Of a stretch of DNA of 64,000 nt, positions 38,500-51,699 are shown piece by piece. The position numbers and the translations under genes were made by a program. The DNA is taken from positions 1,860,001-1,924,000 of the forward strand of contig JAYWIR010000023.1 in assembly GCA_036172245.1 (NCBI GenBank), written 5' to 3'. Every line of letters begins with the position of its first letter. The stretch's first letter is position 1. The stretch is from Raillietiella orientalis. Taxonomy: Eukaryota. The notes under the pieces were generated by a model. That model was not told the origin of the DNA. It did no database searches and was given only the letters and a program-made list of their open reading frames with translations.

Positions 38500-40600
38500 A
38501 ACTCAACGTTCCGCATCTCTTCTAAATGCGAAGGACAAGTGGGTACGTAGTTCATGGGTGGAGAGAGAGTGGATCAAAAGAAACCTAGCTAGTAGATCAA
38601 CTAGGATGCATCTCAACTGCTTATGACGGCTCTTTTTTTGTCTTACGAAACAGTCCCGAACAACTTCATGTTCCTGAAAGATCGTTTCTTCACGAGGAAT
38701 GGAGCAATGAAACTGCTTCTGGATCCTGAATGTCAGCTTGCCAATTGCAAGAATTCACGAATCCAAATACGTCAGAAGTCTTTAGGGATGCTTGCAGAGG
38801 CTGAGAGGGAGTTGGAAGGAGATCCTTCCCAAAGACCAAAGCAAACAAGATTCTAGCCGGCAGCTGAAGAATCTGGAAATCAAAAAGAACACTTTTCGTG
38901 TTCGTTTCCAACCTTTCAGAGTTGTGAGAGAGTAAACACCGACGTCTTGATCTCGGAGTGCTTGACAGTCGTTCTCGACGAGCACGAAGAACAGCGGCTC
39001 CCGAATTTCTGGCTGGAAGAAGAAGGACTGATCCTCAAGTGTCTCAAGCCTCCATGACACTCCCAAGGCAATTCTGTGAGTGCTATTGCCCATTTCGTTC
39101 TTTCGCCTTCATCTCTGCAGTTTCCCCTCTCAGATCCAGCCTTCTCGTAGCTGGGAGAGAAGAACCAAGGGAAGCTGCTTCGACGGGTCGGCTTCGTCAG
39201 GTGGGGCTCGAAGATGAAATTTCCTGACTCGACAGTTTGCACTGGGGAATCCAAATCCTTTCTTCGGCATCAGAGAGTTGATGTACCACAGTCATGCTCC
39301 AGTTCTGCTTCTTCCTCCAATAAATCGGCTGACTTTCTGTCGAGTTCTTCGGCGAGCAGCCCAAACAGATATTTTTTTCCCCTCCCTGCGTGCCCCGTGC
39401 ATTCCCAACAGTTCGAGCTCGAAGAACAGGATTCAGAGCTCAGGGGACAAACGTCTTCTTCCGAAGGCTACGAAATCGCCGACACACATTAAAGCCGCAT
39501 GAATGACGCGGACGCGGATGTGATTTTCACGACAGCTGAGATCTGCCGGCGCAAGATCGCGTGGGCACTTTTCTAGTCTGTGTGACATCACGGTGTTGCT
39601 TTCTTCTTCAGATGCCGCGTCCGATGCGGTCCTAGGATCTGTGTGAAACCTGGGAGATGTGTTGCCAGGAAGGAAGAAATCCAGCTGTGGGAAATCTGAG
39701 AGGCATGCTCAGGATCCAACTGCTTTCATTTTCTCTGGGCAGAGCTTCTGGGCATCCCCCACGACAAGCCCCAATTGTCCGTAGTGTCGGTAAACAACTC
39801 CACCGTCCCCCTTGAGGGAGTCGCGCTTGCTGATGCTGCACCGGAGTCTCCCACGCAGAGCACGCATTTGGCGGCAGTACATCCCTCACGAAGAGACAGC
39901 GCCACTGGACCAGGGGGAATGTGGCCTCGAGCTGCAGCAGGTGCAGAGAAAGAGAACCACTTCCGCACCTGCTTGTGGGCTGTGCTGCCCTCCGACCCCT
40001 TTGGGAACGTTTTGCCATGACCCTGCGAATCCCAGAAAGCAATCCCGGGAGTCCCGTGGGCGTCATGAAACGTTTTTTCACGAGGGGTGCACTGCCGCCA
40101 ACCGCATCTTTAGTAGCACCTCTTTGCTTGCTGACCCCGCGGGATTGTATGGCACTCTGGAGCGCCTCCAGGAGCAGGACAGAACGAAAGGGACGCCACC
40201 CACTTCATGAAACTCTTCATGAGGATCGCGACGATATGGTCCCACCTGGGAGCCATTCAAGAGCAACTCTTTGGAATCCTGCGGGGAACGGTCAGGACGT
40301 CGCGAGTCACAATGTGATGCTTTTTCCGAGCCCCCCATGGACGGTTTGCTGGGACCTTCTGGTTTATTTTTATTTTTGCTTGTTCTCCCCTGCGTTTCCA
40401 GAGAGGACCTCGAGCCGACATGCTCCCTGGAATGTTCTCATGCAGCAAGACCTCCTCGAGTCTTTCGCTGTTGATTTGTTGGCAACAGTGGACGTCCCAG
40501 TGCATCCGGTGGTAGGACTGCTTCCGTTTTGCCGAATGGCGGAGCTGAACTACGGGGTTCCACTGGTCCAGGGTGCGAGTGGTCAGACGGGATCGGTAGA
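38500..40600 (-). mobile_element. 5' part of an L1 (ORF1 and endonuclease N-terminus)
   Basis: KVPANRPW (~VL.NGPW), PNACSAWETPVQH (zinc-knuckle-like), WECHGGL (~39060, ~WNCRGL) and EPLFFVLVEN (~P.IVFL.ET). Confidence 0.65.
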
Positions 40601-40639
40601 GTCAGAGCTTGGATTTCGTTCGATTTGAAATTCCAAACG

Positions 40640-41469
40640 ATCGTAAAAAATACATGTATATGTTTGTCGTATATATTTGTATATAGATTAATATATACAT
40701 TGTAAAGATTATAAAAAAAGAAATGTATATGCTTGTTATGTATATTATGATATATGTTTATACGTAGATGGATACACAAATTTATTTTGACAAAATATTA
40801 CTAATATAATTTATAGTATGCATTTGTACATCTTATTAATATATATATATATGTGTGTGTATATGAAAGATTATAAAAATAAATATATAGTTTATTATAT
40901 CTACTAATACATATTTATGTGTATAACCAATACATGTGAAATGAATACATAAACATCGAATGATGAACGCATGTATATTCATCGAACGATCAAAATCCCG
41001 AAAATAGAATCCATCGTTTCCTGGGAAAGTTCATTTATTGAGTGTTGAAAATGACAAAAATGCAATGAAATACAAAATTCCTTTGTTTTTTTAATTTGTT
41101 TGCTTTTGTACTTTTCCCACTGCTTTCAATGCTACTCCCGTATTTTTCTTGTAATTCGATATTTATACTTTCATTTAATATGTATCTATGTATATATTAT
41201 TAAATATATACAACAAACACATTTATTTATTTTCAAAGTCTCAAGTGTATATTGATACATATTGTTAATTATATCAACAATGCTCATGTTAATAAATATC
41301 AATAAACATGTATGTTTAAATAAATTTGTATATTGATCCATGTATTAATATATAGTATATATATTAATATACATGATAAGCATATAATTCTTTTTTATGA
41401 TGTTTATAATAATATCGATCTATATATCAATACGCATAATAAACAAATGTTTTTTATGTTTTTTACGAT
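40640..41469. mobile_element. AT-rich non-autonomous foldback/MULE-like element with ~320-bp imperfect inverted arms
   Basis: Arms 40640-40961 and 41154-41469 align as reverse complements (both begin atcgtaaaaaa and end atcgaat). The mirrored pseudo-ORFs 40438..40779(-) and 41333..41587(+) are similar. No TSD identified. Confidence 0.75.
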
Positions 41470-43249
41470 ATTTCGAGAGTTGGCCATTCTGGATTTTGAT
41501 GTGCTGCTCAGTCGCAACTGCGGGGAGCGACGGAGGGAGAGAGGAAAAGAACGCCGCTTGCGAGAAATCTCCGGGCCTGGAAAATGAGCTGCAGGAGAAA
41601 TCGTGCCTCATCTTTGAGCGGCAAAGAAAAAAAAAAGAGAGAGGAGGGAATGGAAGCCCGACACGGCCTGAGGAGATTATCCACCATCGAGCAGTGTGTC
41701 TGAACGTCGCGCTGCGCTCGTGTCGCCGCCTGCGCGCCATGGATGCCCACATTACGCGTTTCCCACTAAGCCTTGCTTCGGGGTGTGTGCATTTTTTTGG
41801 CCTCCCCGTTCTTTTCAGGGGCCACAATCATGCGTGTCAACCGAAGAATCCAGTGCATTAGCACCGGGAAGAGGCACGGTTCTTTTCGGAGAAGTTTCTT
41901 TGCAAGTCCACTCGTCCGTATCGTTGTGTATCTCCGATTTTCCAGTATGAGTCTCTCAAAGAAAGATCGATTGCCAATCGACGCGGGTGAACACTCCAAG
42001 ACACAGATGGCAGAGATCGTTGCGCTCAGCCACCTGTGAAACAGCTTGCTTTGTTTCTTTTGAGCACAATGAGTCCTTGGGTCCCTCTGATTTCCGTCCG
42101 CATGGCATCAAGGAATGCTCCTCACTTGCAACAGTTCAAGGATTTGCCAGCTTCGACGGCTCCGCGGGTACCATCTGCTGCTGGGTCGTGCCTAACGGCT
42201 GAATGCAGCGTTTTTCATGATGTCCGAAAAGCACTCCGCATGGATCCGAGAACAAACCCACGTCTCATGTGGAATCTTTCTGCAACTTTCTGATGTGCTC
42301 AATCTTTGAACTTGGAACGAAATCTGCGAGAGACGGTGGCTAACCACAGGGGTCTGCTTATTGAGTGAACTGGAAGGATTACACACAATAGAGGTTTCTT
42401 TACGACCTTCACCGTCTTCATCTCCATATCCACTTTCTTGTTCCATGCGCATAAGGTTATGCCAAACAACCTCCGTCCACATCCACATCAATTGATACCA
42501 CTTCTGGACGTCGACGTTCTAAGAGGTTCCTTGCCCCAATCTCTGGGTCCAGTAGATATCGCGGCCATATTGAATGTCTGAGGCTACCGTAAGGCACCTC
42601 ATTTTGTTGAGATATGGAGGCAGAATCTTCGGCTCTCTCACCCCATTTCGGGACTTCAAGGCCGTAGTGAGCGGACTGTCAGGGCACGGCCGGTCAAAGG
42701 AACACCCTTGCTGACGGTGAGACAGCGAGGTCTTTGTGTTTGATCTTCATTCTTTCTCGAGCACTTCCAAACTCTTCAGGGGTGCTCTCGAAGGGTCGGG
42801 CAGTATCCGAGACGATCCATCCGGCTTCCTTTGGCCACCATCTTTGACTGGTGATGCGATGCATGGCGTCGCCGAGAGCTCAGGAGAGCGAACCACAAAC
42901 GGCGATGCGCACACGGGGCAGAACCTTCTCTTCCCCAAATCGGCACCTTCTGCAGCCATATTCTTCTTCCTGATATGCACTCAGCAAACTTCTGCGCTCA
43001 CGAGCGGGTCGGACCCCCTCTCCCCCCCACATGCAACGAAACGCGCTCCTGTCTTTGCGATCGTACAGCATTCCGAAGCAGCAAAGGACTGGCGAGACAG
43101 GGCGCACAGACCGCATACGCTCCCCACGCGTGCTAGAACGGCACGTTGCACGAAATCCGTATCCAGTGAGCGCCCCGCCAACTTTCCCGGCTTCAGAACT
43201 ACCCCCTTCCCCCTTTTCCCCAGCCTGCCCTCGTATGCGTGCAAGCAAA

Positions 43250-43843
43250 TCGACGAAATGTCAGCGGGAAGGTCTGAATCCCCGCCACCATGAGACCATC
43301 TTCCGAACCGCTGGCGGCCCCAAATCAAGGCACGAGGAGGGCTGCTCGTGGCTCATCTCCTCGCACCATCCTTCAGTGTATCGAGAGACATTGGAATGAG
43401 AGCATCTTCCCGTTGTTTTACGACTAAATGACCAGTCGTTTGAGGCAGGAGACGCCAACAAATTCTACGGGGGCTCCTGAACGACGGCAATGCTTAGGAG
43501 AACGGTCTTCGCGACGTCTCCAGATAGGTGATCTCGGCTAGCCGAACGCCAGGTCGACTCCTCGAAACGGAGACTGGTCAGGGGAGCTCGACGCCAAACG
43601 GACTTTGCAGTTTCCGACAGTGAGGAACCACAATGGCTTTCGTTGCTGAAGATTTTTGTTTTCGTTCCAGCGTAAGCGCATGCCAATGTGGTTGATGACT
43701 CTGAGCACGGCATGCTTGTGAGCGGGATCAGCAGGTCTTTGAGATGCGGAGACTCTGGGTTCACACGAAATGCTTCCCCTGCTGGAAGTCCTAACGAATC
43801 GAAAAGACGGAAACTTTTGCTCTTTGCAACTTGATGGACAACC
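43250..43843 (+). mobile_element. Nested L1 RT fragment; 43408-43843 is the likely donor of the 5080-5515 copy
   Basis: HETIFRTAGGPK...LISS...YRE, then NDQSFEAG...QVDSSK...QWLSLL...SRSLRCGD, collinear with N.T.I.LIPK / RPISL / QSAF..G / KLD.SKA / SRGLRQGD. Confidence 0.65.
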
Positions 43844-44954
43844 TTTTTTGTTTTTGTTTTTTTTTTAAAAAAACTAAAAGCTAATTCTATTGATTTTCCA
43901 TGAGGGGTTTCCCCTCAAATGACGTCTCGCCCTTTTTTGAGAAGAGGTTCAAGAAAAGCCCTGGGGACCCTACTCTCAGGATGTTGAGGATCATGACGAG
44001 CGTCCTTCAAGACGCCTGTTGCGTACAGCAAGACACTTTCTCCATGATACCGTACAATGTGGAACCCTCTTGCATCTCAGTGGGCACTCATCCTCGATTC
44101 CCAAGCTCCAACCAACTTCCATCTAGCGACAGCGTGCTAAACTCTTCATCGTCTGATAGCGCTCTTCATAGAGGGCAGGTTTCACTTAGTAGATTTCGGG
44201 GTTGCGCGAAGTGCAAGGGAGAGCTGCCGCCTGAGTCATTCTTGGCGAAGGGCTGGCCTGTGACGAGCGCTCTACAACAAAGGCAGTCCTTGTTAGAACG
44301 AGGGTATTTGCGGGAGTTCCCCCCCCTTGGACTACCACTTCGTCTGCGCTCGGAGGGTTTCCCAGCAGCTGCATTGGACACTGGACGACACCGCCATCTC
44401 CCTCGTGTATGAGATCCTGGCCCTTTCATTCTTGCAATCCCTCCATTCACTCGGTAACCGGGTGTGTTCTTGGGATTCCATCTTGGATTCCGGCTAGCCG
44501 AGGGCGATCCGGGCAGGCCGAGACTTGAGTGGGTTCGCAAGGCCAAAAAGAGAAGATTCCCTTCGTCTCAACCCTCCATCCACGCGCTTTCTGGAACTCT
44601 GTCGCCGTGCCCTTGCAATGGAGTTGGTCGGGGTATCGTGTCCCCTGGGCGCGGAGCTGAAAGTTCCTCCTGCGGCTGTATGGAAGTGCAGAACGAGAGG
44701 GATCTGAAGTCTAAGGGATCGTACTTTCTTGACTCTCCAGAGGGGAATCCTCCGGGAGGAGGGGGTATTAATCTACTCCATGGTGCTCCATGGTACTCGG
44801 CTCCCTTTTCCGGGAAGTAATCTCGAAGAACTTGATTCCTCGAAGGACGACGGAGGGTCCACTTCCAATCCCGAAGCCTGCAGGTCAACCAGGGTCATCC
44901 TGCGCGGGTGAGGGGGGGGAGGACTCGTAGCTCATGACATCTGAAGTCGATCCC

Positions 44955-45030
44955 TCCCCGGGTGGGATTCTAACCCGCGGCCCTTGACATGACGCTTGGA
45001 GACCGCGGCCACGAGGCCACCAGCGCGGGC
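44955..45030 (-). promoter_or_regulatory. Second tRNA-derived head (5' end of L1 G)
   Basis: A box TGGCCTCGTGG (45009-45019). B box GGTTAGAATCC (44965-44975, one mismatch), 33 nt away. Homologous to 26706-26780. Confidence 0.75.
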
Positions 45031-45049
45031 CGTGTGGTCATGCTCTTCT

Positions 45050-45420
45050 GGTTCTCAAGGATGCTTCCTTGAAAAAACACAAAGTCAAGGAATGAACACA
45101 CACAGTTGTGAACGCATGGGATTCACGCTCCCTCTCTCTCTTGCACGGCAAGCCGGATGCGCTTCCTGGACCCCTTCCTGCATAGAAGAGACTTCTGTTG
45201 AAACTCGTTGGTTGCAGATGAATCCTTCTTTCTAGGGAGATTCCGCATCAGCATGAAGCCAAGATCGAGCTGAAGCTGCTCAAGCTTGTAGGATCTCTTG
45301 AGCAAGGATCCTCTTTCGTGAGCGGATTATCTGAGCCTGGATTCATTCGATGCCACACAAGTCTTCAGAGGGGAGCCGGTAGTCAAGGAAACATCCGAAA
45401 CAGGACCCAAGCTCAGAGGT
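45050..45420 (-). mobile_element. L1 3' fragment (RNase H C-terminus)
   Basis: ORF 45123..45305 SYKLEQLQLDL...VQEREGA resembles the end of RVT_3 RNase H (HxxREGN). Confidence 0.45.
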
Positions 45421-45449
45421 TCTTGTCTTGCGGGAGGTGATGATGGAGT

Positions 45450-46302
45450 CTCTGAAAACCTCACTCTGTGCTCCCACGGGACTCGAGCCCATGCGCGGTT
45501 CGACGCGCGGCAGGACTCACTACCCTCGTTGGAGAGCAGTCGGATCGAGTGGAGTTACGAGTGGAGACCGTGTCCCTGATCTGGGAAGAACTGCCTGAGC
45601 GCCACGTGGGCACGTCCTGTTCCATGGAGGGAACCACCCCCGACTTGCCCCATCACGGATTCATTCATCATGTGGCGCCAGCGAGGGCATCCCGCCACCC
45701 ACCAGAAACGGTGCGCATCGTCTTTCCAGACGGTGTGGAAGACGGGTGGAATCCATGCGACACATCCTCAACACGTCCCAACACGAAAAAGATTGAAATT
45801 ACGGCAGATTCAAGTCAAGTACTGATGACGCTGCAACGCTGGGAGTTGGTAGCCACCGACCAGACCATTCTGGATTCAAAGGATGCAGTGCTCCAGGGAG
45901 AGAGGAAAGTGTCCCCTGTTTCTGTGGTTACTCATCAGTGGGGGAGCATCAGAAGAGGCAATCCAGAAGAAATGGGAGCGGCAATGGAGGCGTCGGAGGG
46001 AGCGCGCCCTCTGTCGTAGGGGCAAAGGATGTGTGGGATCGGGGAAAGGACGGAGTACAGGAGGAGGATTGCAAGTTCCCTAGAGGTCGGGTGAGTTCAT
46101 CGAGATCGCGTGCCAGGACGCGCGTCCCGGGATACAAATCGGGGACATCGGAGGAGTCACCCCGCCCCGAGCGGAAGAAACCGCAAGAATCTCAGCCTGG
46201 TCACGAAGTCGAGCTGAAGGAAGGGGACCTGAGATCGAGATCGCTGCAGATTCTTCTCGCTCATCCACTCGTCCTTTCTGAGACTGGGTAAACAGAGTGA
46301 GT

Positions 46303-46336
<34 letters not shown>

Positions 46337-47300
46337 CGAGGCCACCACGTGCCCTCTTCCTCGACTCCGAAGCGGGCAGCCCGAGGTGCAATCTGAATTT
46401 TCCATAATCTCCACACAGAGGGAGAATCAGTGCAAAAAGCAGTCTTCGAGCAACGGTTTTTACCTGCCTCAGGAAGCATGGAGCGCGAACGTTCTCCTGC
46501 ATATCACGCAAGCGACACAGCAGAGGTTGGTCACTCGCTGGACGGGCCAACGGTTATAGGAAGGGCGTTCCATTTTCGGGGACTCGAGTGCGTCTCTTCA
46601 TAGACCACAGGAAGATCAGTCATCCGGCGTAGCGGTGGCGTCCTTCTTCCCTCTGGGAAGCAAATTTTTTTCATCAATCATCGTCTGTACCCCCCGCCTT
46701 CTCCCTCAACCAAGATCCATACGTTAGGGCTCTGCAATGACCCCTTTTGAAGCAATCGAAGGGTTCAAGGAATCTCGATTACCTGATCAGTTTCTCCAAA
46801 AACGTCGGTCGTATTCCAGGCAGGGTGCTCTCTGAAAGTGGCAAGGGTCAGCTCGGAACCTGTCCGCAGAGATCACAACCAGGGAATGGATCATCCACTA
46901 GTCAGATAAGACGTACCACTTGAAAAGAGCAGAGAGGGATGCAGAAAAACCTATGGCTGCCGGTGACAGCGGCATTGGAGAGGCAAGAAAGCTCCGAGTG
47001 CCACAGAACGCAAGCAAAGATCGGGACGGTGGCTGATGAAGGAGGTGGGCGATTAGGCCCTCATCTGCCTTCTCAAGCTCGCTGCTTCTGGTTTCACGAA
47101 GCAGAAAGAGAAGTCCGTTGGCTGCTCGTTCGTAGAGCTGGACGGGCGATGAGGGCAGTTGAGGATGGCACAGAGTCCACCTCGAGCTCGAGGCTACTTG
47201 GCTGGCGCTTTCAGGCCGCCTGCAGCGGCGGTGTGCTTGGGCCATTCCTAGGGCAGCAGCAACAAGAGCACCCCGTCACCGCCTGCCACCCCTAAGATGG
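45450..47300 (+). mobile_element. Decayed L1 5' part (ORF1, endonuclease)
   Basis: ORF 45468..46019 has an ORF1-like GWNP...VATDQT pattern. RDHN (~46870, ~SDH.P). WLMKEVGD (~47030, ~WL.EGD). Confidence 0.55.
46305..46334. repeat. (AC)15 microsatellite
   Basis: Direct reading. Confidence 0.95.
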
Positions 47301-48100
47301 GTGGCGGTCGCACGAGCTTATCGTGATTCGACAGTCGGCAGGGGATTCGGCGAAGACGCTCTCGGAGGCTTAGTCTGCGAGCCCTCCTTCTGATCTATGT
47401 GGCGCGGCCGGCATCCGGGTGTCTTCCCGAACACTCTGTAGATGAAGATGGAACAACTCTCCCCTTCCTCTTCCGCCTTTTCCTTTTGCCCAGAAAGGCA
47501 CGCGCCTTCCTTGTTTTCCCTGCAGTGCTTCACCCTTCAACCGCGCTTCGGGGTGGCGAACAAGAAGAGGCAGAACTGTTTGTTGAGGATGGAAGGGACC
47601 TCTGCAGAGACGCGGTCCCTGCGTGACCATTGCATCCGGGACTCAGATTCTGCTTGAGATAAGAAAGGAGGGCAGATGGAGGGATTGTTGCGTGCCCACT
47701 CCGCTGACTGCGCAAACATGGCCGCAAACCATGGGTAGGCGGAACGCACCTGCTCCGATCTGTATGTAGAGTCTGTGCCTCCCAGAAAATTCCAAGCAAC
47801 CTTCAGTTGTTGGATCCATTTCGATCTTTTTTTTCCCCAAAACAAGAACACGTCTCCCGAGAGCACGAGTGAGCTACCGAAAAAGTGGCTTCTTTGCTTC
47901 CTAGGACATCCGGCGTCCATTCCCAGACCTCGGATCCGACTTGGTGCTGCAAGGAGGACGAGGCGCCATTGTGAACGTTGCCTGCCCCTTTGGAAGCTCC
48001 CCGACGGCTTTGGAGGAATGCAAGGAAAGGAAAGGAAGCAAATGCTGATCATCAGAACTCCACCTCTGGATCAAAGGGGCTCATCCGTCAACAACAGTAC
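47300..48100 (-). mobile_element. L1 ORF1 fragment
   Basis: ORF 47537..48052 SHFFGSSLVL...SKWIQQLKV resembles the DUF4283 W.F....L.L..W / VWV pattern. Confidence 0.45.
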
Positions 48101-48249
48101 TGGTAGGATGTTCGGAATCCTAGGATCCGTAGAGGAGAGCGGTGCCAAGAGGAGTCAAGGTGATGCCGCAACACCGGGACAAATAAACCAGAAACACGAT
48201 GGTGTACCTCCATGCCCGATTCTACCTTGACATCTTTTAGAACCGTCCG

Positions 48250-49600
48250 CTGGAATGTCGGTTCGAGGGAGCAGGAACCTCATGTGAATGATGCCATCAG
48301 CCGGTGGAGGAAGTGGATATGGAAAAGCATTGAAAATGGTGGAGATCTCGCGTATCCAACCAATGACCCCCTCACGTTTACATAAAGTAGAAATTTCAAC
48401 CTAGACGAGAATTCTAAAGGAGTGGACGAACGAATTCCTAAGCGGGCAGGATTTGTGTATTCCAGGATCTGAGAGTAAATCCATAGCAACGCTGAACGGA
48501 TTGCACCGGGTGTATTAGGTGCGCGTTCGTTCTGGTTCCCCAGCTCTGAATGGACTGGTCATGGATCTCCACTGAAGCTGTCCGGGAGTGCCGATGTAAG
48601 GTGAGCTGCCCTTCTGTTCCCGATGCAATGCGTGCGCAGCCGAAGCAAGGACAAGAGTCTGTGCTGGTTGGATTTTCCAGCAGCGTCGGAGTGGTAAATT
48701 TTTCACGTGAATGGGAGGAAGCAGAGATTCCTTTGAAGTTTGAAAGAACGAGGTACAGCCTTTATCTCTATTTCCGAAATGATCAAGTCCAAATGGGCCT
48801 CTTCGGAAACGATAGGGTGCATCCCCTTTTCGCCTCACTGTTTGCAGAAGGAAACACCACCCATAACGCGCTGCCGCGGACGGAAAACTGTACGGAAAAC
48901 TGAAACTGTACGTCATCGATTCCGGTGACGCGATGGCTGGTAACCGTGGAAAATGGGTAAGCTTCCGGTTCCAACACCCGGAAGTGGGGGGTGGCTGGGA
49001 AGGTGAGCAAGTGCGATCAAGGTACCGAAGGCCCTAGCGAGCAGCAGGTTTCATTCCCTCATGCAGGAACGATGACTCCAGGCTGGCAGACGACAAAATC
49101 TGGGTAACACGAGTTGCCCTTGGTATGAAAGTAAAGGATTTCTCACTTCTCGATGTGTGATTGCGTCATACAGCATCGGGAGATGTGGGCAGTCACCCGT
49201 GAAGATAAATGCTGTGTAGAAAGCGTCATCTTCGTTGAGCATCCCCTTCGCAGAACGTCGCAACAAGTAAAAGTGTCTGCGACTGTTCATCGTCCGCGAG
49301 AAAATCCTTCTTATCTTGCGTCGAAGAAAAAGGGCGCAGATGATGGATGCGGCGAGTGGCACGTGTGGCCCCAGTATAGGGAGTCATACTTCATGCTCAT
49401 TCTCTACTCTGCGTCGAAGCTCCACCGTGCGAAGAATCCGAGTGCACTGGTTTTCAGGTGCACGTGATGAGCGCCATTTTTCTGGCGTCGCTACTCGCCA
49501 ACAGCATGAGCTCCGAAGGATGGCAGCAGGAACGTTCTGTACTTGTACAGAGAAGGAGTCGAATGATGCCCTACTCGCGACCTTAGGCAGTGGTCTGGTT
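48250..49600 (+). mobile_element. L1 RT fragment
   Basis: VDMEK (~48313, ~KLDMEKA). ORF 48550..48903 follows the SGL.IN..KS / P..YLG region pattern. Confidence 0.6.
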
Positions 49601-49699
49601 TGCACCTTGTCTTCGGCACGCTGACTTAGTCTCGTTCGACGCATCGCAAAGAATTCATTTTATGAGTTTTGTCCAATCGGAGTGTGTGGGAATGGAGCA

Positions 49700-50290
49700 G
49701 ACGGACAGTCCTGAAGATCATGAAATAAGAGAACTTGCGGAACCCTTTGTGACGGGGAGTTTGGTTTGTCCTTTCTTTAGGGAAATCGTCGGACTGAGAG
49801 ATTTCCGTACACGAAAATTCGCTGCTATTCGTACTAGTTTCCAGAAGGTTTCCCCATAGCTTTTGGCTCAGTATCTCCCGAGGTCTGGATTTCCAAGTGC
49901 CACTGAGCGAATTTCCGAGCGTCAGTGACAGCGGTCGAGTATGAGAGAGCTATAGCACTTCGAGGAAGGGAAGTATGAAGCTACATTCCCGGGCTGAGGA
50001 CCGCCGCATCCGTGAAACGCAAATTCGGAAAGACATCTCGAATGATTCAACCTTCTGGAGTCTGTTAGCAGCAGCGGGAGATGAGAATTACCGAAGCAGA
50101 CATCTTCTTTCCTGATCTTCGTTGTGTGGTGAATAATGCAAAACCGATGCTGTGAGATGCTCGACAACATTTGCAGCAAACAGAAGCTGCTGAGAGGAAG
50201 GAAAAGAACAGATTCCATAGAAACCTTCCTCCTTGTGCTGATGCTCTCAATCCCCAGTCCCATCCATATTTCAATCGTGCCTCCTTCGCG
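49700..50290 (-). mobile_element. L1 ORF2 C-terminal fragment
   Basis: ORF 49922..50263 begins GLGIESI (~GGLGI..L) and later has an IRKEDVCF segment. Confidence 0.5.
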
Positions 50291-50399
50291 CTAAAGGTTT
50301 CCTAAACAAAACCTACGTTACCAGCTTCTTCTCGTGAATTAATTCTTATCAGCTTTTTCCATCAGCGATTCGATAATTTTCCTTCTCGAGGAAAATTCA

Positions 50400-51400
50400 T
50401 TTATGCTCGTACCATCGATGGATAAACTAGTTACATGTTCCCTTGTTTAGTGAGTATGTTCATTAAAATTAATCTTTAAGAGTAAGCTTCAGAAGCTTTC
50501 AAAGATGTAGTGAAAGCTCCACAAGTGACCGATCTTCGCAGTTCATCTTTTCAAGTCCAATCAATTTGTAAGGCTTAGAGCCTATTTTTAATTTTGAGGG
50601 AAACATTGATTTTCTTTGGCATCGTATATCCTTATGATTCGCGGGACATGGGACAATTTCCGAAGGACTTTCGACAAACAGTCTTTTTTTTTTTTTTCCG
50701 AAGTACGCATCAATCAGCAGCACGGTTTGTTCATTCGCAATCCGCGACGAAAAAACATTTCCACCAGGATCCTTCGAGATTTACAAACTCTCAAGATGCG
50801 ATTTTTTTTCTCCGATGGTATAAGCAACTGGAAGCTTGGGCTCATTCTCGTGCCTCTGCGAAGTGCCTTTTTTTTTGTTGTTGTTGTGTTTTTTCTTCAG
50901 AATTCTCGCCATCTGGATTTTAATGCGCTTACCGAAGAAGCTCTACCGCCAACCGAGTCCCAAGGCATCTTCTCGAAGCCTCCTCACGACGAGAATCTTC
51001 TGTCTTCTTGCCACAGGCGTGCGACTGGAATGCGTCGTGCAGAGATGGCTGAAACAGGAACCGTTTTCTCAAATGCTCCGGCGCGAGTGGCCTCGGAGCC
51101 GAGAATGCCTTCACAAACCACACGCGTCAAGTGGGAGCTTCTAAAAGGCAAAGCATCCAGCACCAATATTCCAATGGCTGTGGTAGTGGTCTTCGTACGG
51201 AAACCAAGAGTGTGCCCCTAAGGGCAGGATTTCAAATTTCTTGCAGGATGCATGAAACTGGACGAAGGGCGGAGACTCTCAAAGTCCTCTTCATTGGCGG
51301 AAGTTCTTTTTGTTTTCTAAGGCGTGCACTATGGTGTACTCGTTGAAAAGAGTCAGCGGACCAGGCAACTGAGCCTAAGGTTGCGCTTCGTTTCGAATCG
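50400..51400 (+). mobile_element. L1 RT fragment
   Basis: ORF 50594..50923 PKDFRQ...HQSAARFV (~KDFRPIS...QSAFV). Confidence 0.6.
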
Positions 51401-51699
51401 GTAAATTCATTGTTTCAGCGTGCATCCAACCAGCATCCTTGTCCTTCTTTGACAAGTAACCAAGAGGAGGTCATGAAATCACAAGAGAAAAACCTGCACA
51501 ATGTAAAAACATGAACTGCACATTTGTTATTAAAGTTCGACATCACGATTCATAATTGGGAGCGAGCAAGCATCGAGGTATTGCCGGAGGGTTTTTTTTC
51601 AAGCATGTCTTCGTAAACAACACCACGAAAAAGTCAGGTGGAAAAAAAAGGGCAAGGGAAATGACTAGTTGGGAAATGAGTCAAATTTTCGGAGACATC

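Larger units (their letters stand above)
41600..45030 (-). mobile_element. Decayed L1 (G): tRNA-like leader, ORF1, endonuclease, RT N-terminal half
   Basis: RWNP...CLCCRAL (ORF 44166..44546, ORF1). ALTGYG...PVLCCFG (ORF 42880..43248, ~TGVYG...PW.C.GDFN). RMDRL (~42815), PAADG (~42175), GLIVLK (~42065), IGDTQ (~41930). Confidence 0.7.

Noticed and set aside
45468..45515. Additional B-box-like motifs (ggttcgac on +; ggctcgagtcc on -)
   Set aside because: No properly spaced A box or cloverleaf.
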